Part shown: positions 10,695-19,272 of the stretch, piece after piece
Position numbering within the stretch: position 1 is the stretch's first letter
Layout of the letters: the number at the start of each line of letters is the position of its first letter
Sequence record: ON568341.1
Strand: one strand, 5' to 3'
DNA: 64,000 nt
The notes under the pieces: model-generated
What the model saw: the letters and a program-made list of their open reading frames with translations, nothing else
Told to the model about the DNA's origin: nothing
Database searches by the model: none
Made by a program: the position numbers and the translations under genes

Positions 10695-10722
10695 TTGACA
10701 AGTTGAAACGATGTGATATAAT
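10695..10722 (+). promoter_or_regulatory. Sigma70-type early promoter P2 (near copy of P1)
   Basis: TTGACAAG...GATGTGATATAAT, 16-nt spacer, long upstream A-tract. Confidence 0.85.
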
Positions 10723-10892
10723 GTTCACATCAAGGCAGCAAAGAGATTTACCTTTTTAAACACACGGATGATTCATGAAGTAATAAAGGAACTGATAAGT
10801 TAAATTATTTTAACACAGTTCCTTTACTTTTGCCCACGGATTGGCTATAATAGAAACTTAAACGATTTTATCCAACAAAAGGAAATATATAC

Positions 10893-12218
10893 ATGACTAC
10901 TCAAAACGATATCCTGAATGTTAAACTGACTCCAAAGAAAGCTAAAGAAGCAATGGCACTAGCTGACATGATTCAAGATAGCCTGATGATTTGGGGTAGC
11001 CCAGGTATCGGTAAGTCTGCAATTGCTCGTCAATACGCTGATGAAAATTACCCTCTGCGTAAAGATAACGAAGCTAAAATCGAGTTCATGAAACAACAAA
11101 TTGAAGCTGACCCTGAAAATGCTGATCAGCTACGCCGTGAACTGGCTGCATTTGAAGCTAAACTAATCGACCAAGATACTAACTTCATCGATTTCCGTTT
11201 GTCTCAAATTGAACCAAGTGACCTCCGTGGTATCCCTGTACCAGAGAAGCTTTTCCGTAAAACTGACGGTTCTCTTCTCAAAGAATCTGAGCTTGCTGAA
11301 GCAAAAGATTATGTTGCTGAAACTGCTGTAGTTTGGGCTGCACCTAAAGTGCTGAAATTGCCAGAAGATTGGAAAGGGGTTATTCTGTTTGACGAAATTA
11401 ACTCTGCAATGCCAATTGTTCAGGCAGCGTCTTATCAGCTAATCCTCGACCGTTGTGTTGGTGAGATGAAGCTACCTAAAACTGCACTGATTCTTGCAGC
11501 AGGTAACCGTGAAACTGATGGCGGTGTAACGTTCTCACTGGCTACACCACTACGTGACCGTATGACACACATTGAGATGATTCCTTATCATCAAGATTGG
11601 ATTAACGATTATGCAATTGGTAAACGTTTGAACCCAGCAACTGTTGCGTTCATCAACAACACAGGTTCTAAGTACTTTAACACTCTTAGCCCACAAGATC
11701 CTTCTCACAGTGGTGGTACTTCTCCACGTTCATGGGAAGCTGTAGCACGCTACGAAGATCTCAAGAAAACTAAGACAATTGATAAAGAAGTGTTCCGTGC
11801 AATGATTGCTGGGCGTGTAGGTGAAGGTGTAGCAACTGAATACATTGAGTACGTTGATAACGTTGCTAAACTACCAGATACTATGTCTATTCTGTCTGGT
11901 GAAATCAAAGATATCGATGCAACTCTTGATATTTCTGCGAATTATTTTATTACTTTGAACTTGGTTTATAAAATTATCGACCTGTTCAATGAGAAGCAAG
12001 AACAACGTCTACCAGTGGAAGAATGGGGTAAACTGTGCAACAACTTCATTACCTTCCTTGACCATAACTTCTCTGCAACTCAAGCAGAACTGGCAGTTCT
12101 GGCAATTCGCACCATTACGCTTCATAAGGTTGCGATTTCCATTAAAGATGTACCAGCGTTTAAAGATTTTATCGCTAAGTACTCTGAACTAGTTCGTAAA
12201 GCACGCTCTCTTGGGTAA
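10893..12218 (+). CDS. MoxR/AAA_5-type AAA+ ATPase
   Basis: Walker A GSPGIGKS, Walker B ILFDEIN, AAGNR sensor, PLRDRMTH arginine-finger region, SPRSWE. Confidence 0.88.
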   Translation: MTTQNDILNVKLTPKKAKEAMALADMIQDSLMIWGSPGIGKSAIARQYADENYPLRKDNEAKIEFMKQQIEADPENADQLRRELAAFEAKLIDQDTNFIDFRLSQIEPSDLRGIPVPEKLFRKTDGSLLKESELAEAKDYVAETAVVWAAPKVLKLPEDWKGVILFDEINSAMPIVQAASYQLILDRCVGEMKLPKTALILAAGNRETDGGVTFSLATPLRDRMTHIEMIPYHQDWINDYAIGKRLNPATVAFINNTGSKYFNTLSPQDPSHSGGTSPRSWEAVARYEDLKKTKTIDKEVFRAMIAGRVGEGVATEYIEYVDNVAKLPDTMSILSGEIKDIDATLDISANYFITLNLVYKIIDLFNEKQEQRLPVEEWGKLCNNFITFLDHNFSATQAELAVLAIRTITLHKVAISIKDVPAFKDFIAKYSELVRKARSLG

Positions 12219-12240
12219 TTAACAAAGAGTGGTTGACAAG

Positions 12241-12267
12241 AAGGATACGATATAGTATCCTTCTTTT
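12241..12267 (+). terminator. Hairpin/possible terminator between ATPase and VWA genes
   Basis: AAGGATAC-GATATA-GTATCCTT followed by CTTTT. Confidence 0.55.
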
Positions 12268-12292
12268 ATCTTAACTAAACGAGGAAATATAC

Positions 12293-13717
12293 ATGTCGGA
12301 TAACAAATCTTCATCTAAGTTTAATGAAGTATCACCAGAACTCCAAAAGGAATGTCAAGATCGATTGGTTCTGGCTCGTACATCTTTGATGTTAACTGCT
12401 CCGTTCTTTGGTGTTTTGGCTTCGCGTTTACGTCCTGTTCCTAATAATACATGGTGTCGTACACTAGCAGTTGATGGGAAACATTTATTCTACAATGTAG
12501 AATTTGTTATGGGCATCCAAGATCAATCTAAAAAGAAAGAGTACGAAGATGCTATTCGTGAAAAACACCCAGAGGTTACTGATGAACAATTAAAAGAAAT
12601 GACAGAAGGTCTGACAGATGAAAACCTCATTGCAGTGATTTGTCATGAAATTTTGCATTGTGCTTACGACCACTTCCTTCGTCGTGGAATGCGTGATCCA
12701 CAACGATACAATCGTGCAGCAGATTATGCAATTAACCAAATTATTGTCCGTGAGAAAATTGGAAAAATCCAAAGCTCATGGTTATATGATAAAAAATATG
12801 AAGGAATGACCGCTGAAGAGATTTATATTCTTCTGGAAGATGAAGAACAAAAAGAAGAAGGTGAAGGGAACGGTCAACCACAAAGCGGTGGTGGTGAAGG
12901 TGAAGGTAAAAATCGCGGAACTTTTGGTGATATCAAAGATGGTAAGGGTAAACCAAAAGGTACAACAATTGACCAACATGACGTTCCACAAGAAGGCCAA
13001 GACGGTGGTTCAAGTGAACAGCAAAAACGCGATTATATGGATGATTTCAAAACAGCAATGATGAATGCTGCACGTGCTGGTGGCACACCAGCAGAAATCG
13101 CTCGTATGATTAATAACTTCAAAGAACCAAAGATTGATTGGCGTTCTAAACTTCAACGCACTCTTCGTAGCTGGTTGAAGTCTGATGCAACTTATCAAAA
13201 TCCAGCACGTCGTTCATGGGGTGCAGGTTTTGGTTCTAATGGTTCATTTTATGGTAATCCAATTTATCCAGGGATGAAACCAGATGATGATATTGATATT
13301 GCAATTGCACTCGATGCTTCTGGTTCTATTTCCGAAGACATGCTTCGTGATTTTATTAGTGAAGTTCTTGGTATCACTAAACAATTTAAACAGTTTAAAA
13401 TTCGTATCATGACATTTGATACTGAAGTTTATACTGTAAAAGATTACAAAACTGGTGAAGAACGTAAGATTCTGGAATATCCAGTAAAAGGTGGTGGTGG
13501 TACTGACTTTGAAGCAGTATGGGTTCATATGAAGAATGACAACTATAAGCCTAAACAGCTTGTAATGTTTACTGATGGTGAACCGTGGCAGTCATGGGGT
13601 GATCCTAACTACTGTAAAACACTGTTTGTGATTCACAGTAACCCAAATAAAGTTGCACCATTTGGTGAAACAGTACACTACGAGTATGAAGCAGACAAAA
13701 AACGTCAACGTAGTTAA
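12293..13717 (+). CDS. Metallopeptidase-like (HExxH) plus VWA-domain protein (DUF2201-type), partner of the MoxR ATPase
   Basis: TLAVDG, HEILH, AADYAIN, then MIDAS-like LDASGS, GGGTDF and FTDG. Confidence 0.85.
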   Translation: MSDNKSSSKFNEVSPELQKECQDRLVLARTSLMLTAPFFGVLASRLRPVPNNTWCRTLAVDGKHLFYNVEFVMGIQDQSKKKEYEDAIREKHPEVTDEQLKEMTEGLTDENLIAVICHEILHCAYDHFLRRGMRDPQRYNRAADYAINQIIVREKIGKIQSSWLYDKKYEGMTAEEIYILLEDEEQKEEGEGNGQPQSGGGEGEGKNRGTFGDIKDGKGKPKGTTIDQHDVPQEGQDGGSSEQQKRDYMDDFKTAMMNAARAGGTPAEIARMINNFKEPKIDWRSKLQRTLRSWLKSDATYQNPARRSWGAGFGSNGSFYGNPIYPGMKPDDDIDIAIALDASGSISEDMLRDFISEVLGITKQFKQFKIRIMTFDTEVYTVKDYKTGEERKILEYPVKGGGGTDFEAVWVHMKNDNYKPKQLVMFTDGEPWQSWGDPNYCKTLFVIHSNPNKVAPFGETVHYEYEADKKRQRS

Positions 13718-13729
13718 GTACTAAATAAT

Positions 13730-13759
13730 GAGAACGGAAATTTTCCGTTCTCTTCTTTT
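13730..13759 (+). terminator. Intrinsic terminator
   Basis: GAGAACGGAA-loop-TTCCGTTCTC followed by TTCTTTT. Confidence 0.8.
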
Positions 13760-13765
13760 ATAAGT

Positions 13766-13793
13766 GAGACAACTCACAAAAATATGATATAAT
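13766..13793 (+). promoter_or_regulatory. Early/middle promoter of the GACAA class
   Basis: GAGACA-16 nt-TATAAT with TG extension. Confidence 0.7.
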
Positions 13794-13828
13794 AGTTATT
13801 GTACCAATATACATGGAGAGTATTAAAA

Positions 13829-14074
13829 ATGGAACAAGAAAATAATCAAATTCAACTAACCCTTCTAGACCTAATCAATGCAGCAAAAATCATGGAAGCT
13901 GCTGTTGCCCGAAATACATTTAAAGTTGAAGAACTCGTGGATGTTTCCCCAGTTGTCGCCAAATTTGTTTCTTTTGCAAATGAAGCACTTGAAGATATTA
14001 AAGCTCAAGAAGACGCTGCTAAAGAAGAATCTGAATCACAAGATATTAAAGCTCAAGAAGATAAAGGAGAATAA
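13829..14074 (+). CDS. Small hypothetical protein
   Basis: Start moved to ATG 13829 behind a GGAGAG RBS. 81 aa, acidic tail. Confidence 0.65.
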   Translation: MEQENNQIQLTLLDLINAAKIMEAAVARNTFKVEELVDVSPVVAKFVSFANEALEDIKAQEDAAKEESESQDIKAQEDKGE

Positions 14075-14076
14075 TT

Positions 14077-14733
14077 ATGGCAGCTATTCGTCATGTTGGT
14101 GTAATGCGTAATACAGGTTCACGTGTTTTTGTTGTTTGGCGTTCACTACCAGATGATCCTGACCACTGCCTTATTGTTTATCGTGATTCCTTACCAGAAG
14201 CATATGTTCATGCAGTAACTGATATTGTGATGGGTCATGGTCAATCAAACATTGATTTGTGGGAAGTAATGCATAAAATTGGTTACCTGGATGGTCGTAA
14301 AATGCTAGATGTACTACACAATATGCAACATTTACGTCGAGTTCGCACTTGTGATATTGATATGCATACTGGTGGTAATAATAAAATTTCTCTTGATGTT
14401 CTAAACAAAGCATTAGATGAAAATCAAGCGAAAGTACAAGAAGATGGTAAAGTAAAAGACTTTAACCCATTTAACCCACAAGAAGTAGACACAAAAGTTG
14501 AAGAAGCAACTATTGTTGAACAACTTATTTCTGACGCTAAAAAATATGAAAAACTTGCTCAAGAACACTATGAACGTGCATACAATTTAGAGCCAAGTTT
14601 GCGTCCACAAACACAAGTTGTTGAACAACCAAAAGATAGTAAAACAATTTATCTAGAAATTCCTGAAGGTATTTCACAGACTAAAGCTATTGAGAAAGTA
14701 AAACAACTATTCGCAGAACGCAAAGCAAAATAA
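14077..14733 (+). CDS. Hypothetical protein
   Basis: 218-aa ORF, GGAG RBS, host-like codon usage. Confidence 0.7.
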   Translation: MAAIRHVGVMRNTGSRVFVVWRSLPDDPDHCLIVYRDSLPEAYVHAVTDIVMGHGQSNIDLWEVMHKIGYLDGRKMLDVLHNMQHLRRVRTCDIDMHTGGNNKISLDVLNKALDENQAKVQEDGKVKDFNPFNPQEVDTKVEEATIVEQLISDAKKYEKLAQEHYERAYNLEPSLRPQTQVVEQPKDSKTIYLEIPEGISQTKAIEKVKQLFAERKAK

Positions 14734-14736
14734 AAT

Positions 14737-15330
14737 ATGAAAAAGAATGAATTAGATGAAGCAATTAAAGGTTTATCTAATGTATGTTTTAGTGGCGGGG
14801 CAGCAGGTGCTGACCGCCTTTTTTCAATCTATGCAAAAAATAATGGATTTGAAGTTATTAATTTTTCATTCAAAGGTCATGTGCATAGTGTAGATGAAAG
14901 CACCATATTAGAAATACCATCCAATATTTTATCTGATATTTCTATATTAAATCAACTAAACATTGCATGTTATTCGTTGCAGCGAAAAGTACCAAAGCCT
15001 GGTTCATATGTTTACAACTTACTTGCAAGGAATAGTTATCAGATACTTAATACAGAAAGAATATATTGTATTGCAAATATTACATCGCCAACTAAGGTAA
15101 GTGGTGGTACTGCATGGGCAGTACAGATGTACATTGATTCAGTTGAAAATCCAGAAATTTATTGTTATGATATGAATTCACGTTCTGTGTTTTACTTCGA
15201 TACAGAACTGAAAGAGTTCAAACAATCATTCGTGGTTCCACCACCACATGGTAACTGGACTGGTATTGGTTCACGCAATGCAACAGAAAAACATATGGAA
15301 CATTTTATTACATTTTTCAAGGAAGAATAA
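14737..15330 (+). CDS. SLOG-superfamily (DprA/YspA-like) nucleotide-binding protein
   Basis: FSGGAAGAD, GGTAWAV and TGIGSR motifs. Confidence 0.6.
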   Translation: MKKNELDEAIKGLSNVCFSGGAAGADRLFSIYAKNNGFEVINFSFKGHVHSVDESTILEIPSNILSDISILNQLNIACYSLQRKVPKPGSYVYNLLARNSYQILNTERIYCIANITSPTKVSGGTAWAVQMYIDSVENPEIYCYDMNSRSVFYFDTELKEFKQSFVVPPPHGNWTGIGSRNATEKHMEHFITFFKEE

Positions 15331-16883
15331 TGAAGCAACTACAAGAACTATATCAAAAAATTCTAGATGAAGGCGTAGAAAGCGTTGACCGTACTGGCGT
15401 TGGCACAATCAAACTTATCGGTCAACAAATGCGTTTCGACCTTAAAGATGGTTTCCCAGCAGTGACGACAAAACGTCTAGCTTGGAAATCAATGACTTCA
15501 GAATTACTATGGTTTATTGAAGGCTCCCATGATGAACGTCGCCTTTGTGAAATTTTACATGGAACTCGTGATACAGAAAAGAAAACTATTTGGACAGATA
15601 ATTGTTTAGATCGTGCAAAAAACGATCCCAATCGATTTAATGGGGAAACGGTCGGTAATATGTATGGCATGAATTGGCGTTATCAACCATCTGAACCACA
15701 TAGCTATCAATATATTGAGAGGAAAACATATATTGATGATTATGTTGAAAATCATATTTGTCCAGAAATTACTGATACATTTAATGGAGTTAAAATTCAC
15801 AAATCTGCCAAATGTGGGGATTATGAAGTTATTGGTAAACATCATAATAATATAGTAATTCGTTTCATTAACACCGGTTCATATAAAATTGTACCAAGAA
15901 CTGCGAAAAATATTAAAGATTTTTTCCAACCATCAATTGAAGGGATTGGATATTTGGGTGGTGTAATTCCTGATACATTAACTGCAAAAAAATTATATCA
16001 AATTTGGAAAGATATGATTATTAGAGTGTATAACCCTAGAAAAAATCATTTATCATATGAAAATATAACTGTATGCAAACGTTGGCATAATTTTATGAAT
16101 TTTTACAATGATGCTTTTTCATTATGGGGATTTCAAGAATTTGTTGACAGTGGGTATTCTCATCAACTTGATAAAGATTATTACGGTTCAAACATTTATT
16201 CACCTGATACTTGTATTTTTATATCAGCATCATTAAATAAAACATTAAATGGTGGTGGACATGGGTTTAAAATTTATCTTTATAAAGGTAATGTATTTTA
16301 TTCTAGAACCGATTTACAAGAATCACGTGGTTTAACAAGAAAGGCCAATTTACCAGATGATGTAACAATATTAGAAGATAATGAAACACACGTAGTAAGA
16401 CCAAAAATATACATTGATCAACTACAGCGTTGTATTGATTTAATAAAGAACGATCCAGATTCAAGACGAATTGTTATTACATCATGGAATTCTAGAGATA
16501 TTGAAAATGCAGCATTAGGTATGTGTCACCCATTAGTACAATGGTTTGTTATTAATGGTAAGTTGTCATGTTCATTTTATATGCGTAGTTCTGATAGCTT
16601 CTTAGGCTTACCATTCAACATAGCATCATATGCACTACTTACCCACATGATAGCACAAATATGTTCTCTAGAGGTTGGAGAATTGATTTATACAGGTGGT
16701 GATTGTCACATTTATAAAAACCACGTTGAACAAGTAAAAGAACAACTACAGCGAAAACCACGTGAATTACCTGAATTGTGGCTTGATCCTACCATTACTA
16801 ATATTGAAGATTTCACAATGGATTCTTTCAAATTAGTAAATTACAACCCAATGCCAACAATTAAAGCACCGATGGCTGTATAA
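15330..16883 (+). CDS. thyA: Thymidylate synthase (ThyA) carrying an in-frame HNH endonuclease insertion
   Basis: DRTGVGT, FPAVTTKRL, ELLWF, YGMNWR, IDQL, DSRRIV, catalytic CH, YMRSSDSFLGLPFN (Asn indicates dUMP specificity), GDCHIY. Confidence 0.93.
   Translation: MKQLQELYQKILDEGVESVDRTGVGTIKLIGQQMRFDLKDGFPAVTTKRLAWKSMTSELLWFIEGSHDERRLCEILHGTRDTEKKTIWTDNCLDRAKNDPNRFNGETVGNMYGMNWRYQPSEPHSYQYIERKTYIDDYVENHICPEITDTFNGVKIHKSAKCGDYEVIGKHHNNIVIRFINTGSYKIVPRTAKNIKDFFQPSIEGIGYLGGVIPDTLTAKKLYQIWKDMIIRVYNPRKNHLSYENITVCKRWHNFMNFYNDAFSLWGFQEFVDSGYSHQLDKDYYGSNIYSPDTCIFISASLNKTLNGGGHGFKIYLYKGNVFYSRTDLQESRGLTRKANLPDDVTILEDNETHVVRPKIYIDQLQRCIDLIKNDPDSRRIVITSWNSRDIENAALGMCHPLVQWFVINGKLSCSFYMRSSDSFLGLPFNIASYALLTHMIAQICSLEVGELIYTGGDCHIYKNHVEQVKEQLQRKPRELPELWLDPTITNIEDFTMDSFKLVNYNPMPTIKAPMAV
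15690..16409 (+). mobile_element. HNH-family homing endonuclease domain inserted in frame in thyA
   Basis: IWKDMIIRVY...ITVCKRWHNFMNF...QLDKDYY..NIYSPDTCIFI...N, preceded by QPSIEGIGYLG. Sits between WR and IDQ of ThyA. Boundaries approximate. Confidence 0.75.
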
Positions 16884-16886
16884 ACG

Positions 16887-16916
16887 AAAAGGGAGAACAT
16901 CAGTTCTCCCTTTTTT
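16887..16916. terminator. Bidirectional terminator between convergent genes
   Basis: AAAAGGGAGAAC-ATCA-GTTCTCCCTTTTTT. Confidence 0.9.
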
Positions 16917-16917
16917 A

Positions 16918-19188
16918 TTATCTAATTGTTACCAACGTTCTTCCGTCGAAACGTACATCAGGAGTTGAAGGTATACTGAACACTACGTTAGTGCCGTTAA
17001 ACGTCACGCTATCGACCTCAACACGAGTATAGACACCTGGACTAACCTGTTCCTGTATCTCTGCTGTGACGATGTTTGAGGCTGTTACAGTAAGGGTGTA
17101 GTAGTTACCACTTAATACCCAAGATGAAATGGTAAATGCATCGGTTCTTACTGAACCTGAACCAATTGGAACCCATTGACCTTGAACTTTTTGCATTGAA
17201 GTACGCTCGGTATTGGAGTATGCAATCATACCATCAACACCAACAGAGTTATCAATAGTAGCTAGTACTGGTAATTGAATACCATATCTATTGAAACGTG
17301 TTCTAATAATTCCATTATCATAGATACTTACATCAGCATAATTCCCCATTGAAAGTTTCAAATCTGAATCAACTAATTGCATTGTACTTTGGTTAGTAGG
17401 GCTTTCTAAAGTAATTATTCCATTTGGTAATAAGCTTAAGTTTTTAAATTTATTCGAATTACCATTAAAATTTGTATTAGCGTTGAAAGTACTAGTTCCA
17501 TTAACTACTATTGTGTTTTCTGCGGCATCACCTAATATTGTATTTCGTTGAACAATCAAGTTACCATTAGCAGTAATATTAGTCGCTGTAGTATCACCAT
17601 TTAATTTTGTATTAGCGTTGAAAGTACTAGTAGCATTAACTACCAATGTGTTTGTTGCGTTGTCACCTAATATAGTATCACTTTGAACATTCAAATTACC
17701 ACTAGCAGTAATATTAGTCGCTGTGGTATCGCCATTTAATTTACTTGTACCATCAACTACGATATTACTATTAAATTTCGTATTAGATTTAAAAGTACTA
17801 GTAGCATTAACTACCAATGTGTTTGCTGCGGTGTCACCTAATATTGTATTGCTTTGAACATTCAAATTACCACTAGCAGTAATATTACTAGCTGAAGTAT
17901 CACCAATTAATCTACTTGTACCATCAACTACGATATTACCATGAAAATCGCTTTCACCGTTTTTAAATTCCACTTGTACCGAATACATAGAACTAAATGA
18001 AATTATATTACTACTTGCACTTATACCAACATTAGTATTAGTTGGGTTATCGAAGTGTAATATTGGAGTTAATGCTGGTGTTGTTGTTGTTTGATAGAGC
18101 GTTAATGATGAGTTGTTAATTCGCACACGTTCTGTTCCGGCAGTACTAAATCCAATAGCATCATCAGCAGGATGAAAAATACCAGTATTAGTATCAGACC
18201 ATTTTTCAGGATCATTACCAGGATTACTTGTTGGGTCGAATGGTTTATTATTAAATGCTATCGCTGGTGCGGAAGCACTCCCATATACAACACCAAAACG
18301 ACCAGACCCTATTGTACCATCATCATACATTGAATCGCCTGTTCTACGTAAACATTCAATTACAACATTATCTATGGAAGTTTGAACTGTACCAGCATTA
18401 GTTCTGAATTGACGATTATTTGCAATCATAATAGTGTTATCATATAACACAGAAGCTGCTGAAATACTTGTTCTTGATTGACGAAGGCGTATGTTTTTAT
18501 CTTCAGTAATAATAATCCAATCACCATCAGATAGTGCTGTTTGATTCATTGGCACACCGGAAGCAAACGGCTTAGTTAAATCATCATCAGTTGCTAAATT
18601 AACAAGTCCACTATGCCCAGTACTAGGGATGGAAGTTGAAATAATTCTTGCAAAAGCGTTTGTTACGAGCTTTGCACCAGATATATTTGGATTAGAATCA
18701 ACATAATATAAAATTTCAACCCAATTCCCCTGTCCAGTTGGGTTAGTTGGAGTAAATGTTACTGGGCTGGTTTTTGGTTTATTCGCTTCAAAATGTGCTT
18801 GGGCGGCATCCATAATACCACGCACAACATAATAATCACCACTAAGTGATGATGAGGGTGCAGGTAGTGGGCTTTGGGCTAACGGTGGGTCAATATCATC
18901 TGGAATCGGATTATATGTACCAACAAACTGTAAACCACTAGTTACTGAATCTGGTAATTGAGATGTAAGAAGTTTACCATTTGCATCTAAGTTAGCGAAA
19001 CGCCTGTATGCCATTGAACCATCTTCAAAATCCAGAACACCCTCGAACGATTTCCATGCTTTATTGTATCTAATCATCCCTGATCTTATTACATCAGCGG
19101 TTTCTTTTGATGGTGCTTTTGGTAATTCTAAAAAAGATTTACTATCAATAATTACACCACCATCACCTCTAATTCGATTTATACTCAT
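16918..19188 (-). CDS. Tail fibre-like virion protein with tandem beta-repeats
   Basis: 756 aa. APAIAF...TGIFHPADDAIGFSTAGTER fibre motif and three ~50-aa repeats. TAAATA about 35 nt upstream. Confidence 0.65.
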   Translation of the reverse strand: MSINRIRGDGGVIIDSKSFLELPKAPSKETADVIRSGMIRYNKAWKSFEGVLDFEDGSMAYRRFANLDANGKLLTSQLPDSVTSGLQFVGTYNPIPDDIDPPLAQSPLPAPSSSLSGDYYVVRGIMDAAQAHFEANKPKTSPVTFTPTNPTGQGNWVEILYYVDSNPNISGAKLVTNAFARIISTSIPSTGHSGLVNLATDDDLTKPFASGVPMNQTALSDGDWIIITEDKNIRLRQSRTSISAASVLYDNTIMIANNRQFRTNAGTVQTSIDNVVIECLRRTGDSMYDDGTIGSGRFGVVYGSASAPAIAFNNKPFDPTSNPGNDPEKWSDTNTGIFHPADDAIGFSTAGTERVRINNSSLTLYQTTTTPALTPILHFDNPTNTNVGISASSNIISFSSMYSVQVEFKNGESDFHGNIVVDGTSRLIGDTSASNITASGNLNVQSNTILGDTAANTLVVNATSTFKSNTKFNSNIVVDGTSKLNGDTTATNITASGNLNVQSDTILGDNATNTLVVNATSTFNANTKLNGDTTATNITANGNLIVQRNTILGDAAENTIVVNGTSTFNANTNFNGNSNKFKNLSLLPNGIITLESPTNQSTMQLVDSDLKLSMGNYADVSIYDNGIIRTRFNRYGIQLPVLATIDNSVGVDGMIAYSNTERTSMQKVQGQWVPIGSGSVRTDAFTISSWVLSGNYYTLTVTASNIVTAEIQEQVSPGVYTRVEVDSVTFNGTNVVFSIPSTPDVRFDGRTLVTIR
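17460..17945 (-). repeat. Three tandem ~50-aa repeats with high DNA identity
   Basis: GDT(S/T)A(S/T)NITA(S/N)GNL.VQ..TILGD...NT.VVN.TSTF occurs three times. Confidence 0.85.
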
Positions 19189-19235
19189 TTAAATATTTCC
19201 TCAGAATAGATTATATATGATGTATTTATTTTAGA

Positions 19236-19267
19236 TAAAAGAAAAGGCCAAGTATAGACTTGGCCTT
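19236..19267 (-). terminator. Intrinsic terminator (minus strand)
   Basis: AAGGCCAAGT-ATAG-ACTTGGCCTT with an A-run on the left. Confidence 0.8.
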
Positions 19268-19272
19268 GAAAA

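Noticed and set aside
12233-12258. TTGACAAG as a seventh GACAA-class promoter
   Set aside because: There is no TATAAT at a 16-17-nt spacing (TATAGT is at 12, TAGTAT at 14), and the sequence is better read as a hairpin.
15690-16409. Intein or group I intron explanation for the thyA insertion
   Set aside because: There is no C-terminal His-Asn/Gln followed by Cys/Ser/Thr, no HINT blocks, no stop codon and no recognisable P7/R-S intron core. The site also differs from the T4 td intron site near FLG-LPFN. Cryptic splicing is not excluded experimentally.
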